From positions 195,813 to 259,812 of the forward strand of contig CAWDJM010000016.1 in assembly GCA_963802655.1 (NCBI GenBank): DNA of 64,000 nucleotides, read 5' to 3'. Below are positions 48,310 through 57,822 of this stretch, one piece after another. The notes under the pieces are model-generated. The model was not told the origin of the DNA and made no database searches. It saw only the letters and a list, made by a program, of their open reading frames with translations. How positions within the stretch are numbered: position 1 is the first letter of the stretch; each line of letters opens with the position of its first letter. Source of the stretch: an uncultured Solirubrobacterales bacterium. Lineage in GTDB: Bacteria; Actinomycetota; Thermoleophilia; Solirubrobacterales; Solirubrobacteraceae. The position numbers and the translations under genes were made by a program.

Positions 48310-49926
48310 TTGAGACGAGCAGTCATCTGCGCAGTGATCGGTGTGGCGACCGTGCTTGCGCTCGCCGCGCCGGCGTTCGCCTCCAACGGCGTCGAGCACC
48401 TGCACTTCGCCGCGGGCCCGTATCTGATCAAGTCCGGCGCGAACCTGATCCTCACCGACACCAAGGACGTCCCCAAGCCCGACGCCAACGGGTTCATGAC
48501 CCGGGTCGCGCCGAACCTCCACTACGCCAAGGCCAACGGCAAGTGCTGCGGCGCGATCCCGCGCGTGGACGTCATCCACCTGCATCACGGCGTGTGGCTG
48601 ACCGACGGTGCGGCCGGCGAGGGCGAGGGCAACGGCCAAGCGGGCCTGTACCCGTTCATGGCCTCCGGCGAGGAGAAGACGATCTACCAGTTGCCGAAGG
48701 GCTACGGCTACCCGGTGGGCTCGGCCGACCACTGGATCCTGAACTACATGATCCACAACCTCCGCCGCCGGCCCGCCAAGGTCTACATCACCTACGACAT
48801 GGACTTCATCCCCGACAGCTCGCCCGCGGCGAGGGGGATCACGCCGGTGCACCCGATCTGGATGGACGTCGAGGACCACAACCTCTACCCCGTGTTCAAC
48901 GTCTACCGCCACAGCGGCCGCAACGGGAAGTTCACGTTCCCCGACATGGCCAAGAACCCCTACAAGGGCGGCCCGCCGCTGAACCTGTTCACGGTCGACC
49001 ACCCCGGCAGGCTGGTGGCCACCGCCGGCCACCTGCATCCGGGCGGGCTCTACGACGACCTCGATCTGATCCGTGCGGGGACCAAGGACACGAGCAAGAC
49101 GCCCCGGGGCACCCAGCGCAACTCGGTCCGATTGTTCCGCTCGAGCGCCGACTACTTCGACAAACGCGGCCCGATCTCGTGGGATATGGCGATGACCGCG
49201 ACCCCGAAGAACTGGCGCCCGCACGTCAACGCCGGCGACGTGATGCGGATCAGCACGACCTATGAGACCAAGCGCGCGTCCTGGTACGAGTCGATGGGGA
49301 TCATGGTCGTGTGGGAGGCCTGGGACGACCAGACCGGCCTGGACCCGTTCACCGGCGTGCGCGACACCCGGGCCCGCGTCGCCGCCGGCGTCGACCCGTT
49401 CCGGCGGACGATCGACGAGACCGGGCACATCACCCACGGCCACCTGGCCGAGAACAACCACCACGGCGGCACCACCTGGCTGACCGTCGACCCCAACACG
49501 CTCCGCAGCTGCAAGAGCCGCACCGTCCAGATCGCCGGCTTCACGTACACGCCCGGCGATCTCGAGGCGCCGCCGACCGCACAGCGGTGTGCCCCCACCG
49601 CCCGCGAGGGCCAGTCGGTGATCTTCCACAACGACGACGCCAGCCCGCTGTCACCCGGGCTCCCCGGGCTGGACCCGAGCGCGGCGTACATGCAGTCGAT
49701 CTTCCACACGGTCACCGCCTGCCAGGACCCCTGCGGTCTGGACACCGGGATCTCCTACCCCCTGGCCAACGGCGCCGGCGGCTTCGACTCGGCTCAGCTC
49801 GGCGTCGGGGCGCCGGCCTCGGGCAAGCTCAGCTGGAGCACCCCGAAGAACCTCAAGCCGGGCGTGTACACGTTCTACTGCCGGATCCACCCGTTCATGC
49901 GCGGCGTGTTCCGGATCGTCGGCTAG
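48310..49926 (+). CDS. exported protein with C-terminal cupredoxin (type-1 copper) domain
   Basis: The signal peptide is MRRAVICAVIGVATVLALAAPAFA (TTG start, with GGAGGAG upstream). The C-terminus YTFYCRIHPFMRGVFRIV is a plastocyanin/amicyanin-type C..H..M ligand loop, with an upstream His in IFHNDD. Confidence 0.75.
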   Translation: MRRAVICAVIGVATVLALAAPAFASNGVEHLHFAAGPYLIKSGANLILTDTKDVPKPDANGFMTRVAPNLHYAKANGKCCGAIPRVDVIHLHHGVWLTDGAAGEGEGNGQAGLYPFMASGEEKTIYQLPKGYGYPVGSADHWILNYMIHNLRRRPAKVYITYDMDFIPDSSPAARGITPVHPIWMDVEDHNLYPVFNVYRHSGRNGKFTFPDMAKNPYKGGPPLNLFTVDHPGRLVATAGHLHPGGLYDDLDLIRAGTKDTSKTPRGTQRNSVRLFRSSADYFDKRGPISWDMAMTATPKNWRPHVNAGDVMRISTTYETKRASWYESMGIMVVWEAWDDQTGLDPFTGVRDTRARVAAGVDPFRRTIDETGHITHGHLAENNHHGGTTWLTVDPNTLRSCKSRTVQIAGFTYTPGDLEAPPTAQRCAPTAREGQSVIFHNDDASPLSPGLPGLDPSAAYMQSIFHTVTACQDPCGLDTGISYPLANGAGGFDSAQLGVGAPASGKLSWSTPKNLKPGVYTFYCRIHPFMRGVFRIVG

Positions 49927-50012
49927 CCGCTCGCGACACTAGCCGCCCAGCAGCGGGCGCAGCTCGGCGCTCCTTGGCCTCCAGGAACGGACCGTCGGTG
50001 ACCGCGGGTACT

Positions 50013-51338
50013 TCATCGGTACTGCTCGGCGGCGTAGGACTCCAGGCCGCGCTCCCGGAGCCGCTCCACCGGTGCCCGGAACGTCACCTGCACGACGCCG
50101 GGGTGGCGGCCGATCTCGATCGCGCCCGAGATCGTGGCCCGGTTTGAGACCTCGGGGACCGACATCCCGAGCAGCTCGGCGGCCCGCGCGAGCCCGTTGT
50201 CGGTGGCGCTATTGAGGTCGGGGCCGGTTCCGATCACCGAGATCGGCAGCGACTCCTCGAGCTCCTCGACGCCATAGCGGCGCCCCAGCGCCAGCGCGCG
50301 TGTCCGCTCCTCGTCGGTCAGCGGACGAGCCAGGAACGGCAGGTCCTCGGCCACCGGGAACAGCAGCGGCCCGTCGATCCCGAGTCCCTTGATCACCTCC
50401 ACCTGCAGCGTGACCGTGCCCGCCACGTCGCAGGTGTGGCCGGCGATCTCACCGTCGCCCTGGAGCGCGTGCATGTCACCCAGGTAGATCCCGCCGCCGT
50501 CGACCTTGACCGGGCACACCAGCGTCGCGCCCGCGCGCACGGCGTCGACGTCCATGTGGCCGTCGGTCTTGTGGTCCTGCAGCTCCTGCGCGCTCACGGC
50601 GTAGCGGTGCTGGGCGCCGATCAGGAACGACCCGAAGTCGCCGGCGTTGTGGGAGTCGGGGAGCATGATCGACGGCGACGTGCCGATCTGGCCCAGGAAC
50701 GGGCGACACCGCGTGGCCAGCGCCACGAGGTCGTGGGGGGCGAAGCCCAGGATCGGGTTCTGCACCGACCTGTCGGGCAGCGCCGCGAACCGCGCCGCGT
50801 CGCGCGCGAAGCCCTCGGCGGCCTCCTGGGGCACGGTGACGCCGACGGTGTGCATCTCGTCGAACGCGATCGTGTAGCCGTTGGTGAACGTGAACGGGGT
50901 CGCGTCGGCGCCGCACTTCGCGCAGCGCACCGACTCCGGCCCGATCCCCTCGACGGTCGTCTCCGTCCATTCCGTCCCACAGCCCGGGCACACCGGCGCG
51001 CAGAAGGGGTCGCCGACGAACCGACCCTCCATCGGCTGGTCGTTGCCCGACGAGGTCGCCAGCGAGGTCACGTCGATCGCCTTGATCCGGATCGCGATCG
51101 CGTCGCCGATCTCGGCGCCGGCCACCGCGACCGGCGTGCAGACCTCGTGGCCGCCGCGGATCGACGGCGTGATCATCGGCCCCCAGCAGCCCGGCGTGGA
51201 GTTCCAGACGATGTGGCCGCCGTCGGCGACCGGTCCGGCCATGTGGACCTCCGGCCCGAGCAGGCCGTCGGTGAACGTCTCCACGAACACCGTCCGCCGC
51301 GCGCGCTTGGTGACAACTTCGGCCGGTTCGATCGCCAT
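50013..51338 (-). CDS. acetamidase/formamidase-family amidohydrolase
   Basis: It contains GDMHALQGDGEIAGHTCDVAGTVTLQVEVIKG and the Cys cluster CPGCG...CAKCG. ATG 51338 has AAGGGAG 7 nt upstream. Confidence 0.85.
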   Translation of the reverse strand: MAIEPAEVVTKRARRTVFVETFTDGLLGPEVHMAGPVADGGHIVWNSTPGCWGPMITPSIRGGHEVCTPVAVAGAEIGDAIAIRIKAIDVTSLATSSGNDQPMEGRFVGDPFCAPVCPGCGTEWTETTVEGIGPESVRCAKCGADATPFTFTNGYTIAFDEMHTVGVTVPQEAAEGFARDAARFAALPDRSVQNPILGFAPHDLVALATRCRPFLGQIGTSPSIMLPDSHNAGDFGSFLIGAQHRYAVSAQELQDHKTDGHMDVDAVRAGATLVCPVKVDGGGIYLGDMHALQGDGEIAGHTCDVAGTVTLQVEVIKGLGIDGPLLFPVAEDLPFLARPLTDEERTRALALGRRYGVEELEESLPISVIGTGPDLNSATDNGLARAAELLGMSVPEVSNRATISGAIEIGRHPGVVQVTFRAPVERLRERGLESYAAEQYR

Positions 51339-51381
51339 GTGTGTGCTCCCTTCGAGGGGGGTCGTGGGTGTGGGCTTGGGG

Positions 51382-51657
51382 TCATCCACCGGCCACCGGG
51401 GTCAGCAGCGCGACCTCGTCGCCGTGCGCCAGCGCGCGGTCGCGCTTGACGTGCGCTCCCCCGACCAGCGGCAGCGCCGAACGGAGCGCGGGCGCGAGCT
51501 CGGGATGACCGTCGGCCAGCCGCTCGTACAGGTCATCGACGGTGGCCCCGTCGGGCAGCTCCAAGCTCATTGAGGGCGCCGGCGCGAGCCTCGCGATGGC
51601 GCTGCCAAGTCGGATCCGGACCTCCACGTGGTTGCTCCGCACGCGTAACAAAGACAT
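51382..51657 (-). CDS. MoaD/ThiS-family ubiquitin-like sulfur-carrier protein
   Basis: It ends in ...GDEVALLTPVAGG (a C-terminal Gly-Gly) and has a beta-grasp-like pattern. The start may be GTG 51627 (81 aa). Confidence 0.7.
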   Translation of the reverse strand: MSLLRVRSNHVEVRIRLGSAIARLAPAPSMSLELPDGATVDDLYERLADGHPELAPALRSALPLVGGAHVKRDRALAHGDEVALLTPVAGG

Positions 51658-51719
51658 GCCCGCGTAGCTGTGATGTTACGCACACTTGAACCCTCCGAGG
51701 GCCTTGCTATACACGAGTT

Positions 51720-52493
51720 GTGCGGCAAAACCGCAGCCAAGCGACTCAGGTGGGAGAGGCGCCACGGCAAGGCGTGGCTGTGGGCGCGCGTGACCTCGTG
51801 CGCACCTACGGTGCAGGCGACACCGCCGTGCACGCGCTCCGTGGCGTGACCCTTGACGTCCCCAACGGCGAGCTGCTCGCGGTCATGGGACCGTCGGGAT
51901 CGGGCAAGTCCACGCTGATGCACATCCTGGCCGGTCTGGACAAGCCGACCAGCGGCTCGGTCACGATCGCCGGCACCGAGATCTCGAATCTCGACGACGC
52001 TCAACTGACCCGCATTCGCCGAGAGCACATCGGGTTCGTGTTCCAGTTCTTCAACCTTCTGCCGATGCTGACGGCCGAGGAGAATGTGACATTGCCGCTG
52101 TCGATCGCCGGCGAGCACCCCGACCGGGAGTGGCTGGAGGAGCTGCTGAGCGCCACCGGGCTCGCCGACCGGCGCAAGCACCGCCCGTCGGAGCTGTCTG
52201 GCGGCCAGCAGCAGCGCGTCGCGCTCGCGCGGGCGCTGGTGACCCGACCGACGATCGTGTTCGCCGATGAGCCGACCGGGAACCTCGACTCCAGGACGAG
52301 CGAGGAGATCCTCGAGCTGCTCCGGTCCTCGGCCGAGAAGTACAGCCAGACGATCGTGATGGTCACGCACGAAGCCCACGCCGCCGCGATCGCCGACCGG
52401 ATCCTGGTCCTGGCCGACGGGCAGATCGTCAGAGAGCTCACCGACGCGACCCCGGGGGAGGTCGTCGAGGTGATGAGCACCCTGCAGTCGTGA
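51720..52493 (+). CDS. ABC transporter ATP-binding protein (MacB/LolD/FtsE-like)
   Basis: Walker A GPSGSGKST, signature LSGGQQQRVALARAL and Walker B VFADEPTGNLD are present. The start may be GTG 51774. Confidence 0.85.
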   Translation: MRQNRSQATQVGEAPRQGVAVGARDLVRTYGAGDTAVHALRGVTLDVPNGELLAVMGPSGSGKSTLMHILAGLDKPTSGSVTIAGTEISNLDDAQLTRIRREHIGFVFQFFNLLPMLTAEENVTLPLSIAGEHPDREWLEELLSATGLADRRKHRPSELSGGQQQRVALARALVTRPTIVFADEPTGNLDSRTSEEILELLRSSAEKYSQTIVMVTHEAHAAAIADRILVLADGQIVRELTDATPGEVVEVMSTLQS

Positions 52494-55054
52494 CCAAGGT
52501 CGCTCTCGCCGGACTCGCCGGGCGCAAGCTCCGGGCAGCGCTGACCGCGATCGCGATCGTGCTCGGGGTGACGATGATCAGCGGCACCTACGTGCTCACC
52601 GACACGATCCAGTCGGCGTTCTCGACCGTCTTCACCCAGGCTAACAAGAACTCCGACGCCGTCGTCAGCGGCAAGAGCGCGGTCAGCAGTAACGGCAACG
52701 GCGGCAACGACCCGTCAACGCCGTCGCTGCCCCAGTCGCTGCTCACCAAGGTGCAGTCGCTGCCCCAGGTCCTCCAGGCGTCGGGCGGGATCTCCGACAG
52801 CGCCCAGCTGGTCGGGCGCAACGGCAAGGTCATCTCCCGCGGCGGCGCCCCCGGGCTGGCGTTCAGCTACTCGCCCCAGGGCCAGCGCTTCAATCCGCTG
52901 ACGCTGACCGCGGGCGGCTGGCCGACCGGCCCCGACCAGGTCGTGATCGACGCCGACACGGCCAGCAAGGACAACTTCAAGGTCGGCGATCAGATCGGCG
53001 TCGTCGCACGCGGTCCGGTCGACCGGTTCCGGATCGTGGGCACGGCCAAGTTCGGCGGCGTGTCGTCGCTCGGCGGGGCGACGATGGCGATCTTCTCGCT
53101 GCCGACCGCACAGCGGATCTTCCACAAGGTCGGCAAGCTCGACTCGATCAGCGTCGCCGCCAAGTCCGGCACGAGCCCCGAGCAGCTGGTCCATGCGATC
53201 CAGCCGCTGCTGCCGCCGGGCAGCCAGGTCAAGACCGGCCAGCAACAGGCCGCCCAGCAGACTCACGACACCAGCTCGTTCTTGAACATCTTCCGGTCGT
53301 TCCTGCTCGCGTTCGGTGGAATCGCGCTGTTCGTGGGGAGCTTTGTGATCGCCAACACGCTGTCGATCACGGTCGCCCAGCGCACCCGCGAGCTCGCGAC
53401 CCTGCGCACGCTCGGCGCCAGCCGGCGGCAGGTGCTCACTTCGGTGCTGCTCGAGGCGTTCCTGATTGCCGTGGTGGCGTCGGTGATCGGACTGTTCTTA
53501 GGGCTCGCGCTGGCCAAGGGCCTCAACGCGCTGCTGGTCTCGTTCGGGATCGACCTACCGTCGGCCGGCACCGTGTTCAAGACGCGGACGATCGTGGTCT
53601 CGCTGCTGGTCGGGATCGTGATCACGATGCTGGCCGCGCTGCGCCCGGCGCTGCGATCGACGCGGGTTCCGCCGATTGCCGCCGTACGCGAGGGCGCCGT
53701 GCTGCCTCCGTCTCGGTGGGCCCGGTTCGGCGGCACCGCCGCGGCCCTGACGGTCGCGGCGGCGGTTGCGCTGCTGCTGGTCGGGCTGCTCGTCGGCGGG
53801 CTGTCCACGCCGGTGCGGCTGATCGCGCTGGGCCTCGGGACCGTACTCGTATTCATCGGCGTGGCGATGCTGTCCTCGCGGCTGGTGCCGCCGCTGGTCC
53901 GCGTGCTCGGTTGGCCGGCCACCAAGATCGGTGGGGGTGCCGGCAAGCTCGCCCGTGGCAACAGCGGCCGCAATCCCAGCCGGACTGCCTCGACCGCCTC
54001 GGCGCTGATGATCGGCCTGGCGCTGGTGACGTTCGTCGGCGTCCTGGCCGCGGGGCTGAAGTCGCGCTTCTCCGATGCCGTCAACCAGGTGTTCGTGGCC
54101 AACTACGCCGTGACCGCGACCGACAACTTCTCGCCGATCAGCGTGTCGTCGGAGAACACGCTCAAGCGCGTCCCCGGGGCCGTCGTGGTCACGGGCGTGC
54201 GCGCGGGCGACGGCAAGGCGTTCGGATCGAAGATCAACGTCACCGGCGTGCCGGGCGACGTGAGCCGGGTGATCAAGGTCGACTGGCAGCAGGGAAGCCC
54301 GGCCACGCCGGCCACACTGGGCAACGCCGGCGCGTTCGTGAACCACGACTACGCCAAGGCCCAGCACCTCCAGGTCGGCTCGCCGATCGACGTGCTGACC
54401 CCGACCGGTTCCACGCTGCACCTGAAGCTACGCGGGATCTTCTCGCCGCCGAAGGGCGGCACGCCCTACGGTGACGTGACGATCTCGACGGCGCTGTTTG
54501 ATCGCAGTTACCAGAACCCGCAGAACCTCTACACGTTCGTGAACATGGTCGGCGGGGTGACCGACGCCAACACCCACCGGCTCGACGCCGCGCTCAGCGG
54601 CTTCCCCGACGCCAAGGTCCAGACCAAGTCGCAGTTCAAGAACAACCAGCTCCAGGGCCTTGACCAGCTGCTCAACATCCTCTACGTGCTGCTGTCGCTG
54701 TCGATCATCATCAGCCTGTTCGGGATCGTCAACACGCTGGTGCTGACCGTGTTCGAGCGCACGCGCGAGATCGGGATGCTGCGCGCGATCGGGATGAGCC
54801 GCCGGCAGCTGCGGCGGATGATCCGCCACGAGAGCATCATCACCGCGCTGCTGGGCGCGACCTTTGGGATCCCGCTCGGGGTGGCGCTGGCGCTGATGGT
54901 CGGGGTCGCGATCAAGTACCCGGCGTTCACGATCCCCTGGGGCACGCTGGTCGTATTCGTGATCGCCGCGATCCTGTGCGGGATCATCGCCGCGATCTTC
55001 CCGGCGCGGCGCGCCGCCAAGCTCAACGTGCTTCAGGCGCTCCAATACGAGTAG
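52490..55054 (+). CDS. ABC transporter permease with two FtsX domains (MacB-type)
   Basis: 854 aa. It has two FtsX-like 4-TM modules (RTRELATLRTLGASRRQV... and RTREIGMLRAIGMSRRQL...) separated by large extracytoplasmic domains. The GTG start overlaps the ATPase stop (GTGA). Confidence 0.85.
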   Translation: MTKVALAGLAGRKLRAALTAIAIVLGVTMISGTYVLTDTIQSAFSTVFTQANKNSDAVVSGKSAVSSNGNGGNDPSTPSLPQSLLTKVQSLPQVLQASGGISDSAQLVGRNGKVISRGGAPGLAFSYSPQGQRFNPLTLTAGGWPTGPDQVVIDADTASKDNFKVGDQIGVVARGPVDRFRIVGTAKFGGVSSLGGATMAIFSLPTAQRIFHKVGKLDSISVAAKSGTSPEQLVHAIQPLLPPGSQVKTGQQQAAQQTHDTSSFLNIFRSFLLAFGGIALFVGSFVIANTLSITVAQRTRELATLRTLGASRRQVLTSVLLEAFLIAVVASVIGLFLGLALAKGLNALLVSFGIDLPSAGTVFKTRTIVVSLLVGIVITMLAALRPALRSTRVPPIAAVREGAVLPPSRWARFGGTAAALTVAAAVALLLVGLLVGGLSTPVRLIALGLGTVLVFIGVAMLSSRLVPPLVRVLGWPATKIGGGAGKLARGNSGRNPSRTASTASALMIGLALVTFVGVLAAGLKSRFSDAVNQVFVANYAVTATDNFSPISVSSENTLKRVPGAVVVTGVRAGDGKAFGSKINVTGVPGDVSRVIKVDWQQGSPATPATLGNAGAFVNHDYAKAQHLQVGSPIDVLTPTGSTLHLKLRGIFSPPKGGTPYGDVTISTALFDRSYQNPQNLYTFVNMVGGVTDANTHRLDAALSGFPDAKVQTKSQFKNNQLQGLDQLLNILYVLLSLSIIISLFGIVNTLVLTVFERTREIGMLRAIGMSRRQLRRMIRHESIITALLGATFGIPLGVALALMVGVAIKYPAFTIPWGTLVVFVIAAILCGIIAAIFPARRAAKLNVLQALQYE

Positions 55055-55066
55055 CGCCCTCGTCGC

Positions 55067-55732
55067 TTAGGGGTGACTTTGACGGCCGATGTGGCCGCCA
55101 AAGTCGGGCCTCCAGGCGAATTTGTCGATCATCCCGACCAGCCAGCCGCGCACCGCCGCCGCGACCCCGTTGAGGTCGCTCGACAGGCTGTGGTTGCCGC
55201 GCACGGTCTGGACCTTGCGGTTACGAGCGCGCGGCGGCAGCCCGAACGGGTCGCTCTGCCCCTGGACGATCAGCGTGGGCACCCGGACGGCGTCGAGCTC
55301 GGACTGGCGGGTCTTCTCCGGCCTCCCGGGTGGGTGCAGCGGGAACGCCAGGCACAGGACCCCGGCCGCCTGCGTGTCGGCCGCCGTCCGGCAGGCCACC
55401 CGCGCGCCCGACGACCGCCCACCGGCAATCACGGGCAGCCCGTCGAGCTCGCCGCTGCGCAGGACCGTGACCACCGCTCGCCAGGCCGTGTCCAGCTGCG
55501 TCGCGGGGGCCGGGCTGCGCTTGCCGGCGACCTTGTAGGGCTGCTCGACCAGCGCCGTGGTCAGCCCCAGCGCCACCGCCACGTCGGTCGCGCACACCAG
55601 GTCGCGCGCGCGCACGCCGCCGTTGGCGCCGTGACCGAGGATCAACGCGCCGACCGGCTCGACGTGCGCCGCGTGCAGGTGGACCCGGGCAGGGCCGTAT
55701 GGGGTGTCGATCTCGAGTACCGGGGCGGCCAT
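55067..55732 (-). CDS. alpha/beta hydrolase (KANL3/Tex30 / dienelactone-hydrolase-like)
   Basis: 221 aa from ATG 55732. It has GHGANGG, a GGRSSGA nucleophile elbow, LIVQGQSDPFG and GNHSL. Confidence 0.7.
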   Translation of the reverse strand: MAAPVLEIDTPYGPARVHLHAAHVEPVGALILGHGANGGVRARDLVCATDVAVALGLTTALVEQPYKVAGKRSPAPATQLDTAWRAVVTVLRSGELDGLPVIAGGRSSGARVACRTAADTQAAGVLCLAFPLHPPGRPEKTRQSELDAVRVPTLIVQGQSDPFGLPPRARNRKVQTVRGNHSLSSDLNGVAAAVRGWLVGMIDKFAWRPDFGGHIGRQSHP

Positions 55733-55790
55733 CGACGCGGATCGTAGCCCGGCCGGGGCGGGGTTCACTAGATTCGTCGCCGTGGCAGGC

Positions 55791-56510
55791 GTGACCCCGT
55801 CCCGGCTGACGCGAGCCGTGAGGCTGCGCGCGACGGTGCGCGCGCACCGGGGCAACGCGGTCTTCTGCCCGCTGTGCGAGGGGCACTTCGACCGCTTCAA
55901 GGACGACTGGAACCGCGCCGACGCGCTGTGCTGGCGGTGCGGTTCGCACGAGCGCCACCGCGCCCAGTGGCTGCTGTTCGAACGCCGCCCGGAGCTGCTG
56001 CGCGAGGCCGGGTCGCTGCTGCACTTCGCCCCCGAGTGGGCGCTGCGACGCCGATTTGAACATGTAAGAGAGTTGCGGTACGTAACGGCCGATCTGGATC
56101 AGCCAGGGGTCGACCTGTCGCTCGACGTCAGAGCGATCGCGCTGCCCGACGCCAGCTTCGACGCGGTTCTGTGTTCGCACGTGCTCGAGCACGTCGACGA
56201 CGATGCCGCGGCGATGGCCGAGCTGCGGCGGATCACCGCGCCGGGCGGGTGGTGCGTGGTGATGGTCCCGCTCGACCTGGGCCGCGAGCGCACCTACGAG
56301 GACGCGGCGATCACCGCGCCCGCCGACCGCGAGCGGGCGTTCTGGCAGCGCGACCACGTCCGCCTGTACGCGCCCGACATCGGCGCGCGCCTGGCCGCGG
56401 CCGGCTTCGACGTCGAGCGGATCCGCCCCGACGCCGAGTTCGGCCCCGAGCTGACCGCCCGCTGCCGGATCGGCGCGGCCGACGACATCTGGCTGTGCCG
56501 GCCGGGGTGA
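55791..56510 (+). CDS. class I SAM-dependent methyltransferase with N-terminal Cys4 zinc-ribbon-like segment
   Basis: CPLCEG...CWRCGS is followed by FDAVLCSHVLEHVDDDAAAMAELRRITAPGGWCVVMVP. The start is GTG 55791 or 55782. Confidence 0.7.
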   Translation: MTPSRLTRAVRLRATVRAHRGNAVFCPLCEGHFDRFKDDWNRADALCWRCGSHERHRAQWLLFERRPELLREAGSLLHFAPEWALRRRFEHVRELRYVTADLDQPGVDLSLDVRAIALPDASFDAVLCSHVLEHVDDDAAAMAELRRITAPGGWCVVMVPLDLGRERTYEDAAITAPADRERAFWQRDHVRLYAPDIGARLAAAGFDVERIRPDAEFGPELTARCRIGAADDIWLCRPG

Positions 56511-56543
56511 CCGTGGCCCTGGCCGGAGGCAGCCGGGTTCGAT

Positions 56544-56578
56544 GATGAAAAAGGTCGCATATGCAGACCTTTTTCATC
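56544..56578. terminator. bidirectional intrinsic terminator hairpin
   Basis: GATGAAAAAGGTC-GCATATGCA-GACCTTTTTCATC is a perfect 13-bp inverted repeat, with an A-run on one side and a T-run on the other. It lies between convergent genes ending at 56510 and 56587 and is a conspicuous AT-rich island. Confidence 0.7.
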
Positions 56579-56586
56579 AATGAATG

Positions 56587-57393
56587 CTACGGAGCGCCGG
56601 CGCCTGCCTGGGTCAGGCAGAGCGCCCCGCACCGCGCCCCCAGCGCCGCCGCCTCGGCCACCGACGCGCCCTCGGCCAGCCCGAACGCGACCCCCGCGGC
56701 GAATGAGTCGCCGCACCCGTAGGCGTCGCGCGGCTCGCCCGACGGCGCGACCGGATCCCAGCGGCCCTCGGACTCGCCCCACCACCGCCCGCCGGCAGCC
56801 CCCTCGGTGGCGAACAGCAGCCGCATCCGGGCCTCGACGCGGCGCGCCCACTCGCTCTCCCCCGCGTCGCGAGCGCTGTAGATGAGCGCGTCGATCGGCG
56901 TCGCCGTCCGTTCGAGCGCGGTCCGGGCCCGCGGCGAGGCGACCACGACCCGCGCGCGGCGGGCGTGCTGCAGCGCGCCGTCGTCGCCTGCGGTGAAGTA
57001 CACGCCGCCGGCGTCGCGCAGCCGGCCCCAATCGAGCTCGTCTGACCCCAACGGCTGCAGGCGCTCACCCAGCGTGATGATCGTCCGCTCGCCGGCGCCG
57101 TCGAGCAGCGTCACCGCGCGCCGGGTGGGCTCCTCGCGCCAAGCCACATGGGTGCGCACCCCCAGACGACGCAAGCGCTCGTCGGCGTCGTGACCCAGCC
57201 GGTCGTCGCCCAGCGCGCAGAAGAAGTCGACCTCGGCGCCGAGCCGGGCGAGGGCCACCGCCACCACGGCCCCGCCCCCGCCGGCGCGGGTGAACGCGCC
57301 GCGGGCGTGGAGGATCTCCCCGGGGGCCGGGAACCGCTCCACCGGGACGAAGTCGACCCACTCGACGTGGCCGACGACGGCGACGCGCGTCAT
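56587..57393 (-). CDS. PfkB-family carbohydrate kinase
   Basis: 268 aa. The ribokinase-like fold has GGGGAVVAVALARLG near the N-terminus and the C-terminal DAYGCGDSFAAG anion-hole motif. Confidence 0.8.
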   Translation of the reverse strand: MTRVAVVGHVEWVDFVPVERFPAPGEILHARGAFTRAGGGGAVVAVALARLGAEVDFFCALGDDRLGHDADERLRRLGVRTHVAWREEPTRRAVTLLDGAGERTIITLGERLQPLGSDELDWGRLRDAGGVYFTAGDDGALQHARRARVVVASPRARTALERTATPIDALIYSARDAGESEWARRVEARMRLLFATEGAAGGRWWGESEGRWDPVAPSGEPRDAYGCGDSFAAGVAFGLAEGASVAEAAALGARCGALCLTQAGAGAP

Positions 57394-57406
57394 CGCGGCG
57401 GCGGCC

Positions 57407-57757
57407 TCAGCCGGCCCGCAACAGCTCCTCGGGGGACTCGGCGACGTTGAGCAGGTCGCCCACGCCGGTCAGGTCCAGCAACCGCTCGATCTGGGCGCCG
57501 CCCTGGACCACGGCGAAGCGGCGGCCGGCCTCGTGGGCCTGCTTGTGGGCCTTGACCAGCGCGTGCAGGCCGGTGGAGTCCATGAACCTCAGGTCACGCA
57601 GGTCCACGATCAAGAGGTCGACGTCGGCGTCGCGGACGCGCTCGATCTCCCGCTCGAGCGTCGGGCTGGTGGCGAGGTCGAGCTCGCCGGCCACCGCGAA
57701 CACGATCGCCCGGTCCTCGCTGCGCACATCCACGTGGAAATCGTCATGATCACTCAT
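57407..57757 (-). CDS. STAS-domain anti-sigma-factor antagonist
   Basis: 116 aa. VAGELDLATSPTLE...LIVDLRDLRFMDSTGLHALV has Thr at the usual phospho-Ser position. Confidence 0.8.
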   Translation of the reverse strand: MSDHDDFHVDVRSEDRAIVFAVAGELDLATSPTLEREIERVRDADVDLLIVDLRDLRFMDSTGLHALVKAHKQAHEAGRRFAVVQGGAQIERLLDLTGVGDLLNVAESPEELLRAG

Positions 57758-57822
57758 CGTCCGGGGTTCTCCTGGTCCACCAGTTCATCGTATCCGGGAG
57801 CGGATCGGCCGATCGTCAGCGC

